NCBI GenBank assembly: GCA_030601665.1
Contig: JAUWBP010000002.1
Span: 1 to 32,666, forward strand
Length of the DNA stretch: 32,666 nucleotides
Reading direction: 5' to 3'
Source of the DNA: Hadesarchaea archaeon
GTDB lineage: Archaea; Hadarchaeota; Hadarchaeia; Hadarchaeales; Hadarchaeaceae
The notes under the pieces are model-generated. The model did no database searches and had not been told where the DNA came from. It saw nothing but the letters and a program-made list of their open reading frames with translations. The translations under genes and the position numbers were made by a program. The first letter of the stretch is position 1; the number at the start of each line of letters is the position of its first letter. Shown in pieces: positions 24,981 through 32,666 of this stretch.

Positions 24981-27872
24981 ATGGCAAAGTTTCAGGAGCT
25001 GGACGCCAAATGGCAGCAGGCATGGCGCGATGTCAAACTCTTTGAGGCGGAACCGGATAAGCGACCGAAGTTCTACCTGACCGTTGCCTACCCATACGTC
25101 TCGGGTCCCATGCACGTGGGGCATGGGCGTACCTACACTGTGCCCGATGTGATCGCGCGCTATAAGCGGATGCGGGGGTTCAACGTGCTCTTTCCCATGG
25201 CCTACCACTTCACGGGAACCCCAATCGTCGGGGCCGCCAAGCGGGTCGCCCGCCGGGAGCCGGAGTTCGTAAAAGTGCTAACCGAGCGCTACGGCGTCGC
25301 GGAATCTGAATTATCAGAGTTCGAGAACCCTCACCACTTCGCCGCCCACTTCGCCCGCGAGAGCGACCTGAGCTACCGAAAGGGGATGGAATGGCTGGGG
25401 TACTCGATCGACTGGCGCCGGGAGTTCACCACAGTCGATCCCCACTATCAGAAATTCATCACCTGGCAGTACCGCAAGCTGTACGATGCTGGGCTGATCG
25501 TCAAGGGCAAGCACCCGGTGAAGTGGTGCCCTAGATGCGGGAACCCGGTGACCGACCACGACCTGCTTGAGGGTGAGGGCGTCGGGATAGTCGAGTTCAC
25601 CCTGCTGAAGTATCGAGCCGGCGAGTACATACTTCCCGCCGCCACGCTTCGACCCGAGACCGTCTTCGGCGTCACCAACCTCTGGCTGAACCCCGACGTG
25701 AAATACGTCAGTGCTCAAGTCGGCAGCGAGCGATGGATCGTCAGCGAGCAGGCGGTCGAGAAGTTGCGCCAGCAGGGATACAGCGTCGAGGAGGTTTCTC
25801 CGATCCGCATAGACTTCAGTTGGGAGGTCGAGGTTCCACTCACCCACAAGCACGTTTCCATCCTGCCCGCGAAGTTCGTCGACCCAGAGAGCGCCACGGG
25901 GGTGGTAGGATCGGTCCCCTCGCACGCCCCCTATGACCATGTGGCCCTGCTGGAGCTCCAGATGCACCCGGAAGCGCTCAAGCCCTACGGCATAAGCCCC
26001 CAGGCGGTCGCGGAGCTCAAGCCCATCTCGCTCATCGAGGCCGAGGGATTCGGCGAGTCTCCCGCGATAGATGTCGTCAACCGGATGGGGATCAAGAATC
26101 AGACCGACCCCAAGTTAGAGGAGGCCACCGCCGAGGTCTATCGTAATGAGTTCGCCAAAGGTCGAATGCGTGAATGGGTATCGAAGTATGGAGGCATGCC
26201 CGTCTCGCGGGCCAAGCTTGCCGTTCGCGATGATATGCTCGCCGACAACGAGGCCGCAACGATATATGAGTTCTCGGCGAAGCCCGTCGTCTGCAGGTGC
26301 AACACACCTGTGACGGTGAAAATAGTCGAGGACCAGTGGTTCCTGAACTACGCCGACGAGGGCTGGAAGGAAAAGGCGCGGGGCTGCCTGGCGCGGATGG
26401 ACTTGGTGCCCCCCGAAACGCGAGGGCAGTTCGCGCACACAATCAACTGGCTCCACGAGTGGCCGTGCACTCGCAACATTGGGATGGGGACACCCGCACC
26501 CTGGGACCCGAAGTGGATGATCGAATCACTCAGCGATTCCACTATCTACATGGCCTACTACACCATCGTCCACATCCTGAAGACCATCGACCCCGCAAAA
26601 CTCACCGACGAGGTCTTTGACTACGTATTCCACGGCAAGGGCGACGCGGCCTTGATCTCATCCACCACGGACATCCCCCAAGAAACCCTCGAGCAGATGC
26701 GCCGCGAATTCGAGTACTGGTACCCGCTCGACTACCGAATGTCAGCGAACGAGCTGATTCCAAACCACCTCACCTTCCACATTTTTCATCACGCGCTGAT
26801 CTTTCCCGACCGCTGCCCCCGCGGCATCGTCTCATTCGGCATTGCGGTGCTCGAGGGGGAGAAGATGTCCTCGTCGAAGGGGAACATCATCGCGATCAAC
26901 GAGGCGGTTCGCAAGTACGGTGCGGATACGGTGCGGCTATATTTGATGTCGACCGTGGAGCCCTGGCAAGATCTAGATTGGCGAACCAACGAGGTCGAGG
27001 CGATGCAGAGGAACCTCGAGCGATTCTACTCGCTAGCGGAGAGTATCATCGTCCCACCAGCTGCAAAGCGCCCGAGCTTCGCCCAACCCGAGCGATGGAT
27101 GCTCAGCCGACTTCAGGAACACATCCGGGTGGCGACCGAGGCGCTCGACGCATTTGAGACGCGCAAGGCCGCACAGCATGTTTTCTTCCAGCTCATGCAT
27201 GATCTGCGGTGGTATACCAAGCGTGCACGGCAGCCCAAGGCGCGCACCCACATGCTGAAGCGAGTCCTCGAGGTGTGGCTTCGCCTGCTCGCCCCATTCA
27301 CGCCACACATCTGTGAGAACCTCTGGGAGCGCATGGGAGGAAGCGGCTTCATCTCAGCAGCCCCATGGCCAAAAGTGGAGGAAGGATTGGTCGACAAGGG
27401 TGCCGAGTTGATCGAAAGCTACCTCAGGCGCGTGCTTGAGGATGTGGGGAAAATCCTTCGCGTGACAAAGGTGAAAAAACCGAAGCGGGTTTGCCTGTAC
27501 GTGGCGCAGGATTGGAAATGGCAGACCTATCGCATTGCCATGAAGCGTGTAGGAGAGGGAAAGGTCGACTTAGGTGCGCTGCTTCGGGAAATCGGGGAGA
27601 CACTCGGGCTCAGGTTACACAAATCCGACCTGTCGAAGTTCCTCCAGCAGACGGTGAAGGAGCTTCGCGGGATGCCCTCGGAGGAGCTTGAGATCTTGGA
27701 AACCATCGAGACGGATGAATTACAGATCCTGCTTGAGGCCGCCGACTTCATCCGAGAGCAGCTGAACGTGAAAGAGGTGCGTGTGTTTAAAGCCGATGAC
27801 GCCGCGAGATACGACCCGCAGGACCGTGCTAGGCTCGCGGTTCCGATGAGGCCAGCGATCTTCATTGAATGA
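24981..27872 (+). CDS. leuS: Leucine--tRNA ligase (archaeal type)
   Basis: AYPYVSGPMHVGH, DWRREFTT, ATLRPET, SVPSHAPYD, IESLSDSTIY, NHLTF, KMSSSKG. Start at ATG 24981. Confidence 0.97.
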   Translation: MAKFQELDAKWQQAWRDVKLFEAEPDKRPKFYLTVAYPYVSGPMHVGHGRTYTVPDVIARYKRMRGFNVLFPMAYHFTGTPIVGAAKRVARREPEFVKVLTERYGVAESELSEFENPHHFAAHFARESDLSYRKGMEWLGYSIDWRREFTTVDPHYQKFITWQYRKLYDAGLIVKGKHPVKWCPRCGNPVTDHDLLEGEGVGIVEFTLLKYRAGEYILPAATLRPETVFGVTNLWLNPDVKYVSAQVGSERWIVSEQAVEKLRQQGYSVEEVSPIRIDFSWEVEVPLTHKHVSILPAKFVDPESATGVVGSVPSHAPYDHVALLELQMHPEALKPYGISPQAVAELKPISLIEAEGFGESPAIDVVNRMGIKNQTDPKLEEATAEVYRNEFAKGRMREWVSKYGGMPVSRAKLAVRDDMLADNEAATIYEFSAKPVVCRCNTPVTVKIVEDQWFLNYADEGWKEKARGCLARMDLVPPETRGQFAHTINWLHEWPCTRNIGMGTPAPWDPKWMIESLSDSTIYMAYYTIVHILKTIDPAKLTDEVFDYVFHGKGDAALISSTTDIPQETLEQMRREFEYWYPLDYRMSANELIPNHLTFHIFHHALIFPDRCPRGIVSFGIAVLEGEKMSSSKGNIIAINEAVRKYGADTVRLYLMSTVEPWQDLDWRTNEVEAMQRNLERFYSLAESIIVPPAAKRPSFAQPERWMLSRLQEHIRVATEALDAFETRKAAQHVFFQLMHDLRWYTKRARQPKARTHMLKRVLEVWLRLLAPFTPHICENLWERMGGSGFISAAPWPKVEEGLVDKGAELIESYLRRVLEDVGKILRVTKVKKPKRVCLYVAQDWKWQTYRIAMKRVGEGKVDLGALLREIGETLGLRLHKSDLSKFLQQTVKELRGMPSEELEILETIETDELQILLEAADFIREQLNVKEVRVFKADDAARYDPQDRARLAVPMRPAIFIE

Positions 27873-28528
27873 GTGATCTCATGGCCAATGTTTCAGATGC
27901 CGTGCGGGATCTTCGCTACCTACTCAATCGAGGTTACCCCCGCGACTCAGCCGTGAACTTCGTCGCGAACCACTACCGACTCCCGCTTAACCAACGCCAC
28001 CTGCTGGCACGCTGCGTGTTTTCGAGGCGGGAGGTGGCTAAACATCGCCGAAAATCTGTCAGAGCAAGTGCCGTTCGAGGCAAGCACCTAGGTGTTGATG
28101 GCTACAACGTCTTGATAACCCTCGAAAGCATCCTCATCCGCAAACAAGTCGTGCGATGCGACGATGGCTACGTCCGAGACCTACGTGCGATTTTCGGCAA
28201 GTATCGCGTATCCCCCGCGACCTCCCGAGCGCTTACCGCACTTTTGCGAATCATCGCCAGGGCAAAGCCGAGTTACGTCGAGCTCTTATTCGACAAGCAA
28301 GTGAGCATGAGCGGTGAGCTCGCGGGCATGGTGAGGCAGCGACTCGAGCAAATGAAGCTGAAGGGCGATGCTCAAGCGACTGGTGGGGTTGATTTGAAGC
28401 TCAGCTCATTTGACGTGGCCGCAAGCAGTGACCGCGCGATAATTGGGCGGGCAAAGGAAATTTGGGACATCCCGGCCGAGTTCCTGAAAGGGAGGACAGC
28501 AAAGATTGTCAATTTGACGGTACTTTAA
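27869..28528 (+). CDS. DUF434-domain protein (PIN/NYN-like)
   Basis: DLRYLLNRGYP..FVANHY.L, VDGYNVLITLES, CDDGYVRDL, SMSGELA, ASSD. Confidence 0.85.
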   Translation: MSDLMANVSDAVRDLRYLLNRGYPRDSAVNFVANHYRLPLNQRHLLARCVFSRREVAKHRRKSVRASAVRGKHLGVDGYNVLITLESILIRKQVVRCDDGYVRDLRAIFGKYRVSPATSRALTALLRIIARAKPSYVELLFDKQVSMSGELAGMVRQRLEQMKLKGDAQATGGVDLKLSSFDVAASSDRAIIGRAKEIWDIPAEFLKGRTAKIVNLTVL

Positions 28529-28598
28529 GCTTATTAACCACAAAAACGAATAATATTTAACCTAAAAGATGAACAAATGCTAGGAGGTGGGGTGTAAA

Positions 28599-28796
28599 AT
28601 GGCTAGGGCTAAAAGGAGAAGGGCGCTAACTACCGACGAACCCGGATACATATGTCTTAGATGCAGGAAAACAATGGAAACAACAGATTTTCCATCAACG
28701 AATGTCGTAGTACAGACCCCAGGGTTTGCATCGTTTAAACATGCCAACGCTTATGTGTGCCCAAAATGTGGCTTGGTTGAACTTTACGTCGAATAG
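28599..28796 (+). CDS. Small zinc-ribbon protein
   Basis: CLRC..AYVCPKCGLVELY; GGAGGTG RBS at 28583-28589 and TATTTAA at 28554-28560. Confidence 0.75.
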   Translation: MARAKRRRALTTDEPGYICLRCRKTMETTDFPSTNVVVQTPGFASFKHANAYVCPKCGLVELYVE

Positions 28797-28915
28797 GGAA
28801 AATTAACTTCCGTTTGACGTTTTATGCATCTGGGCGGGGAAATATTCGGTTTATCTTAATTTCCAAACCATGGTAGTTTCGCAAAACCTGATTTGACCAC
28901 GCTTTAATGAGATAG

Positions 28916-29476
28916 CTATGCCAACGATTTCAGGACCGATCCAAGTTTCCTGAAATCCGCCTGCAGCCTTTGCTTCGTTTCGGCACCATAGAGGGCTGCG
29001 GCTGGATGGTAGGTGAGGAATAGCTTGAAACTCGCGCTGGCGTAGGTGCGGTCCAGCAACCTGCCGTGTTCCTTTCCTATCACCACGTATCGACCGAGCA
29101 ATGTGCGCCCAGCTATTCGGCCGAGGGCGACGACGAGCTTTGGCTTTATCATTGCGACCTGCTTTTGGAGGTAGTTTGTCGTGCAAGTTTCGATTTCATC
29201 GTCAGCCGGGTCGCGGTTTTGGGGCGGGCGACACTTGACAACATTGGTGATGTAAACTTCCTCGCGCCGAAGCCCTGCAATTTGAAGGAGCTCGTTCAAA
29301 AATTTTCCTGACGAGCCGACGAATGGCTTCCCCTGAATGTCCTCGTTGTATCCGGGGCCCTCGCCCACGAACATGACTTGAGCATCGAGAGGGCCATCAC
29401 CTAGGACGGCATTCTTGCGTGAGCGATGGAGCCTGCAAAGCGTGCACACCATTACCCTTTTCGCGAGCTCCTCCGT
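28916..29476 (-). CDS. udg: Uracil-DNA glycosylase family 4 ([4Fe-4S])
   Basis: CTLCRL, FVGEGPG..ED..G.PFVG, NVVKCRPPQNRDP, LGR.A, YHPAAALY. First ATG is at 29452; homology extends to ACG 29476. Confidence 0.93.
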   Translation of the reverse strand, partial: TEELAKRVMVCTLCRLHRSRKNAVLGDGPLDAQVMFVGEGPGYNEDIQGKPFVGSSGKFLNELLQIAGLRREEVYITNVVKCRPPQNRDPADDEIETCTTNYLQKQVAMIKPKLVVALGRIAGRTLLGRYVVIGKEHGRLLDRTYASASFKLFLTYHPAAALYGAETKQRLQADFRKLGSVLKSLA

Positions 29477-29489
29477 GGGAATCCCTCTA

Positions 29490-30005
29490 TTAGGAGCGCT
29501 CCAGCTGGGGCTCGAGCCTCTCGTAGACGCGCTTGAGTAACAATAGGTCTTCCTTGCAGTGGTCGACTATCAGCTTCCGCGCCTCGTGGTCGCCCCGCGC
29601 GACCAGCTTGAAAAGGGCCGATACGTCAGCCCCGTGAAACTCGAGTATCCTCCGAAATCCGAAAAATCGCGCAACTGATTCAAGCCTGTAGCTGGAGAGA
29701 AGCAAGTGCCCGCGGGACCACTCGCAGAGGTCGAGCATCGGGATTTCGATCAACTTGCTGAGATCAACTTGGTGGAAGGCCGCGCGCGCAAGCAGGAAGG
29801 GAATGTCGAAACCTGGGCCGAACCAAGTCACGAGTTTGTTGCAGCCCTCCAGCTCATCGCGGAGCCATTCGAGCACCTTTCGCTCCTCCTCAGGAGTATC
29901 CGCAAACTTAACTTCTGGTTCCTCCCCTTTCAGCAGGCCGACCGCCACGACCATACCCCGATCGGCTTTTACGGCGCTGGTCTCGATGTCCAAAAACATT
30001 ATCAT
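29490..30005 (-). CDS. YprB-like RNase H-fold (DEDD) exonuclease
   Basis: FLDIETS, FDIPFL, LDL, Y.LESVA..FG, HCKEDL. Start at ATG 30005, just after the yjbQ stop. Confidence 0.85.
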   Translation of the reverse strand: MIMFLDIETSAVKADRGMVVAVGLLKGEEPEVKFADTPEEERKVLEWLRDELEGCNKLVTWFGPGFDIPFLLARAAFHQVDLSKLIEIPMLDLCEWSRGHLLLSSYRLESVARFFGFRRILEFHGADVSALFKLVARGDHEARKLIVDHCKEDLLLLKRVYERLEPQLERS

Positions 30006-30007
30006 TA

Positions 30008-30418
30008 TCACTCCCCCATCACGAAGACCACGAGTCTGCGGGTTCGGGGACCATCCTGCTCGATTACGAGAAAACTCTGCCAAGTGCCTCGAACCACTCG
30101 CCCATCGGCAATCGGCAGAACCCGCGATGATCCAATAAATGCCGATTTTAGGTGCGCGTGGGCGTTGTCGTCGATGCTATCATGCTGGTAGCCCCCACGT
30201 GCGGGCGCGAAATCTTCGAGCTTGTTCAACAAATCCTGTTTGAGGCCGCCTTCGTTCTCGTTCAACACGAGCGAGGCCGTCGCGTGAGGCAGCTGGGCGA
30301 TGAGCAGCCCGTTCTTGATGCCAGATTTGCGAACTGCGTCAAGTATTTGGTCAGTGATATCGATGATCTCGCGCTGCTTCCGAGTCGAGAAACTGAACTC
30401 CTTGAACCACGTACGCAT
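30008..30418 (-). CDS. yjbQ: YjbQ/UPF0047 family protein
   Basis: DIT, HATASLVLNENE, Y.HD..DDNAHAHLKS, GTWQ, EQDGPR.R. Confidence 0.92.
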   Translation of the reverse strand: MRTWFKEFSFSTRKQREIIDITDQILDAVRKSGIKNGLLIAQLPHATASLVLNENEGGLKQDLLNKLEDFAPARGGYQHDSIDDNAHAHLKSAFIGSSRVLPIADGRVVRGTWQSFLVIEQDGPRTRRLVVFVMGE

Positions 30419-30485
30419 CGAAACCCAAACTTACTGATACTTCGCCTATTTTAACATACGCACGGAAATAGAGGAAAGGGAGCGA

Positions 30486-31421
30486 ATGCGAGTCCTCGTA
30501 ACAGGTGGAGCTGGCTTTATAGGCTCGCACTTGGTCGACGCTTTGTTGGCCAGGGGTGATGCGGTTACCGTGCTTGACAATCTCTCCAACGGTAGCATGG
30601 AAAACCTAAAAAATCACACAACCAATCCGGCTCTCCGGTTCATTCAAGGCGACATTAGAGATGCCAAAGCGATCGAAAACGCTGTGGCTGGTGTCGATGC
30701 AATTATTCATGATGCAGCGATGATAAGTGTACCCCTTTCGATCAAGGACCCAGAACTCGCCCACAGCGTGAACGCCGGGGGCACGCAGGCGCTGCTCAAT
30801 GCCAGTTTGGAGCGCGGCGTCAAGCGATTTGTCTACGCTTCGTCCTGTGCAGTCTATGGTGAACAAGCCAAACTCCCGATAAGCGAGGATGCGCCGCCCA
30901 ATCCGCTTTCACCCTACGCGAGCTCCAAGCTCGTTGCGGAGCAAAGCTGCCGCACTTTCAATGAGTTGGAAGGGTTGGAAACCGTGTGCCTGCGCTATTT
31001 CAATGTCTACGGGGCTAGACAGACTGGCGAGTATGCAGGGGTCATGACAAAATTTATGGAACGCCTCCGCGCCAACCAACCCCCCATGATTTACGGCGAC
31101 GGCGAGCAGACACGCGATTTCATCCATGTTGGCGATGTCGTCGATGCCACCTTGCTGGCGCTGGAACGTAACAGAGTAGCCGGAAAAACGTTAAACGTCG
31201 GGACCGGCAGGACTACTAGCATCAACGAGCTCTGCAAGATATTTTTGAGATTAACAGGTAAAACCGGACTCAAGCCCACCTACGAGGCCCCTAGGTCCGG
31301 AGATATCAGGCACAGCCAAGCCGACATCGCGAAGATAAGAAAACTCCTTGGCTACGATCCGAAAGTATCGATCGAGCAGGGGGTTGAAAAATTGTTGAGG
31401 GCCTTCGAGGTTGTGGAATGA
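30486..31421 (+). CDS. NAD-dependent nucleotide-sugar epimerase (GalE/WbpP-like)
   Basis: VTGGAGFIGSHL, ASSCAVYG, YASSK, LRYFNVYG, GDGEQTRDF, R.GDIRHS. Confidence 0.93.
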   Translation: MRVLVTGGAGFIGSHLVDALLARGDAVTVLDNLSNGSMENLKNHTTNPALRFIQGDIRDAKAIENAVAGVDAIIHDAAMISVPLSIKDPELAHSVNAGGTQALLNASLERGVKRFVYASSCAVYGEQAKLPISEDAPPNPLSPYASSKLVAEQSCRTFNELEGLETVCLRYFNVYGARQTGEYAGVMTKFMERLRANQPPMIYGDGEQTRDFIHVGDVVDATLLALERNRVAGKTLNVGTGRTTSINELCKIFLRLTGKTGLKPTYEAPRSGDIRHSQADIAKIRKLLGYDPKVSIEQGVEKLLRAFEVVE

Positions 31422-32074
31422 CGAAAGACTGGATCGTGATGCCGGCCTATAACGAAGAGCGCTCGATAGGCAAGGTACTCGATGCCCTGAAGCGTGAGGG
31501 ATGGCACAAGATTATTGTTGTGGACGATGGATCGCACGACCGAACCGCTGAGATTGCTCGTTCGAAGGGGGCTCTTGTCGTCAGCCACGAGAAAAACATG
31601 GGGCTAGGGGCAGCGCTCCGGAGTGGCTTGGCAAGGGCCCGAAAGCTGGGTGCAGACCGCGTGATCACTTTCGACGCCGATGGGCAGCACGACCCAAAAG
31701 CAGTCGAATCCCTCGCAAAGGCCTTGAAAAATGCCGACCTCGTGATCGGCGTTCGGCGGCACTTGGAAATCCCTCTCCACAAGCGGGTCGGCAACTCCGG
31801 CCTGAACTTGATAACGTGCTTGTTCAGTGGAGTACTCACGGACTCACAATCGGGTTCGAGGGCTTTCAACAAGCGGGCGCTCGAGCTAATCCGAATCAGA
31901 AGCAACCGCTACGCAGTTTCCTCCGAGATAATAATCCAGGCGAGAAAGCTGGGGCTGAGGCTTCAATGGGTGCCGGTCGAGTGCTTTTACACTAAATACT
32001 CCAAGGCGCGGGGAACCACCATCCTCAGCGGGTTCAGGATATTTTTGGCCCTGCTGAAGCAGAGGTTGAGCTAA
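31418..32074 (+). CDS. Family 2 glycosyltransferase (Dol-P-mannose synthase-like)
   Basis: MPAYNEE, VVDDGS.D.T, N.GLGAA, TFDADGQH, TDSQSG.RA. Confidence 0.92.
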   Translation: MTKDWIVMPAYNEERSIGKVLDALKREGWHKIIVVDDGSHDRTAEIARSKGALVVSHEKNMGLGAALRSGLARARKLGADRVITFDADGQHDPKAVESLAKALKNADLVIGVRRHLEIPLHKRVGNSGLNLITCLFSGVLTDSQSGSRAFNKRALELIRIRSNRYAVSSEIIIQARKLGLRLQWVPVECFYTKYSKARGTTILSGFRIFLALLKQRLS

Positions 32075-32666
32075 TGCGCATCTTGATGGCCTCAGATCTC
32101 TTCTACCCTTCTCTGCTGGGCGGTGGGGAAACGCGAATGTACGAGACGGCAAGAAGATCGGCTAAAAAACATGAAATTCATGTCCTCACTCGAAGATTCA
32201 AAGGGTTGCCAAGCTACGAGGCGCATGAAGGCATGCACATCCATAGGGTCTTCGTCCCCTCCGAGGGGGTAAAGCTTGAGTCACCCACTGATGGCTCCAC
32301 TTTCATGGCGGGCGCTCTGCTCAAGGGGCTAAACTTGGGGGATTTTGATCTCTACGCCCCGCAGCAGTTCTTTCCCATTTTTCCCTTGTGGTTAATCGCA
32401 AAGGTAAAACGGAATCCATTCGTTGCGACTATTCACGATATCTATCGTGAGACATGGCTGCAGAAATATGGACTCAAGGGGCACTCCATGGCTGCTTTTG
32501 AGAGGGTGATGCTGAAACTTCCGTACACCAAGGTAATCACGGTCTCGAACTCCTCGAAGAAGAAGTTGATCGAGAGCGGTGTTCCCGAACACGTGATAGA
32601 AATAATTCCAAATGGCGTCGATTTAGGGAAGTATGACGAGGTAAAGGTCAGGAAATCCGATAAACC
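32074..32666 (+). CDS. Family 4 glycosyltransferase, N-terminal part (runs off the window)
   Basis: TAATG coupling; MRILMASDLFYP..GGGE..HVLT..TIHD..ITVS..IIPNGVD; frame open to the edge. Confidence 0.9.
   Translation, partial: MRILMASDLFYPSLLGGGETRMYETARRSAKKHEIHVLTRRFKGLPSYEAHEGMHIHRVFVPSEGVKLESPTDGSTFMAGALLKGLNLGDFDLYAPQQFFPIFPLWLIAKVKRNPFVATIHDIYRETWLQKYGLKGHSMAAFERVMLKLPYTKVITVSNSSKKKLIESGVPEHVIEIIPNGVDLGKYDEVKVRKSDK

Noticed and set aside
20226-27865. Many 100-217-aa alternative-frame ORFs over rpl1, P0, alaS and leuS
   Set aside because: Shadows of well-supported GC-rich housekeeping genes.
28851-29186. 111-aa minus-strand ORF
   Set aside because: Out-of-frame overlap with udg; no motif.
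1-32666. CRISPR arrays, transposases, inteins, rRNA
   Set aside because: No periodic repeats or transposase motifs were seen, and protein lengths leave no room for inteins.

Overview
Archaeal chromosomal window: it carries an archaeal histone, egsA, proteasome beta, aCPSF1, archaeal P0/P1 stalk proteins and tRNAs with bulge-helix-bulge (BHB) introns. The gene order is euryarchaeal-type; a Hadarchaeota-like lineage is my guess only. About 0.5-8 kb is metabolic: two SsnA-like amidohydrolases, a DHOD-fold flavoprotein with two [4Fe-4S] motifs, a divergent histone, a cyclic amidohydrolase lacking dihydroorotase substrate residues, and an ADP-forming acyl-CoA synthetase pair whose alpha subunit has lost the phospho-His loop. 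Next come hypD, a metallophosphoesterase, two small ORFs and egsA. A conserved core follows: psmB-aCPSF1, ZPR1-sepF-PUA, Lsm-L37e, tRNA-Ala(GGC) with two introns, tRNA-Val(GAC) with one non-canonical intron, dtdA-ftsZ-secE-spt5-(SSB)-L11-L1-P0-P1-alaS-leuS-DUF434. The window ends with yjbQ/YprB-like exonuclease/UDG and the start of a glycosylation cluster. No CRISPR array or recognisable mobile element was seen. Best leads: (1) a putative anaerobic purine-ring degradation module, (2) three tRNA introns, two at non-canonical sites, (3) the catalytically degenerate ACD alpha subunit, (4) the histone variant. All family calls come from motif recognition by eye; no searches were run.
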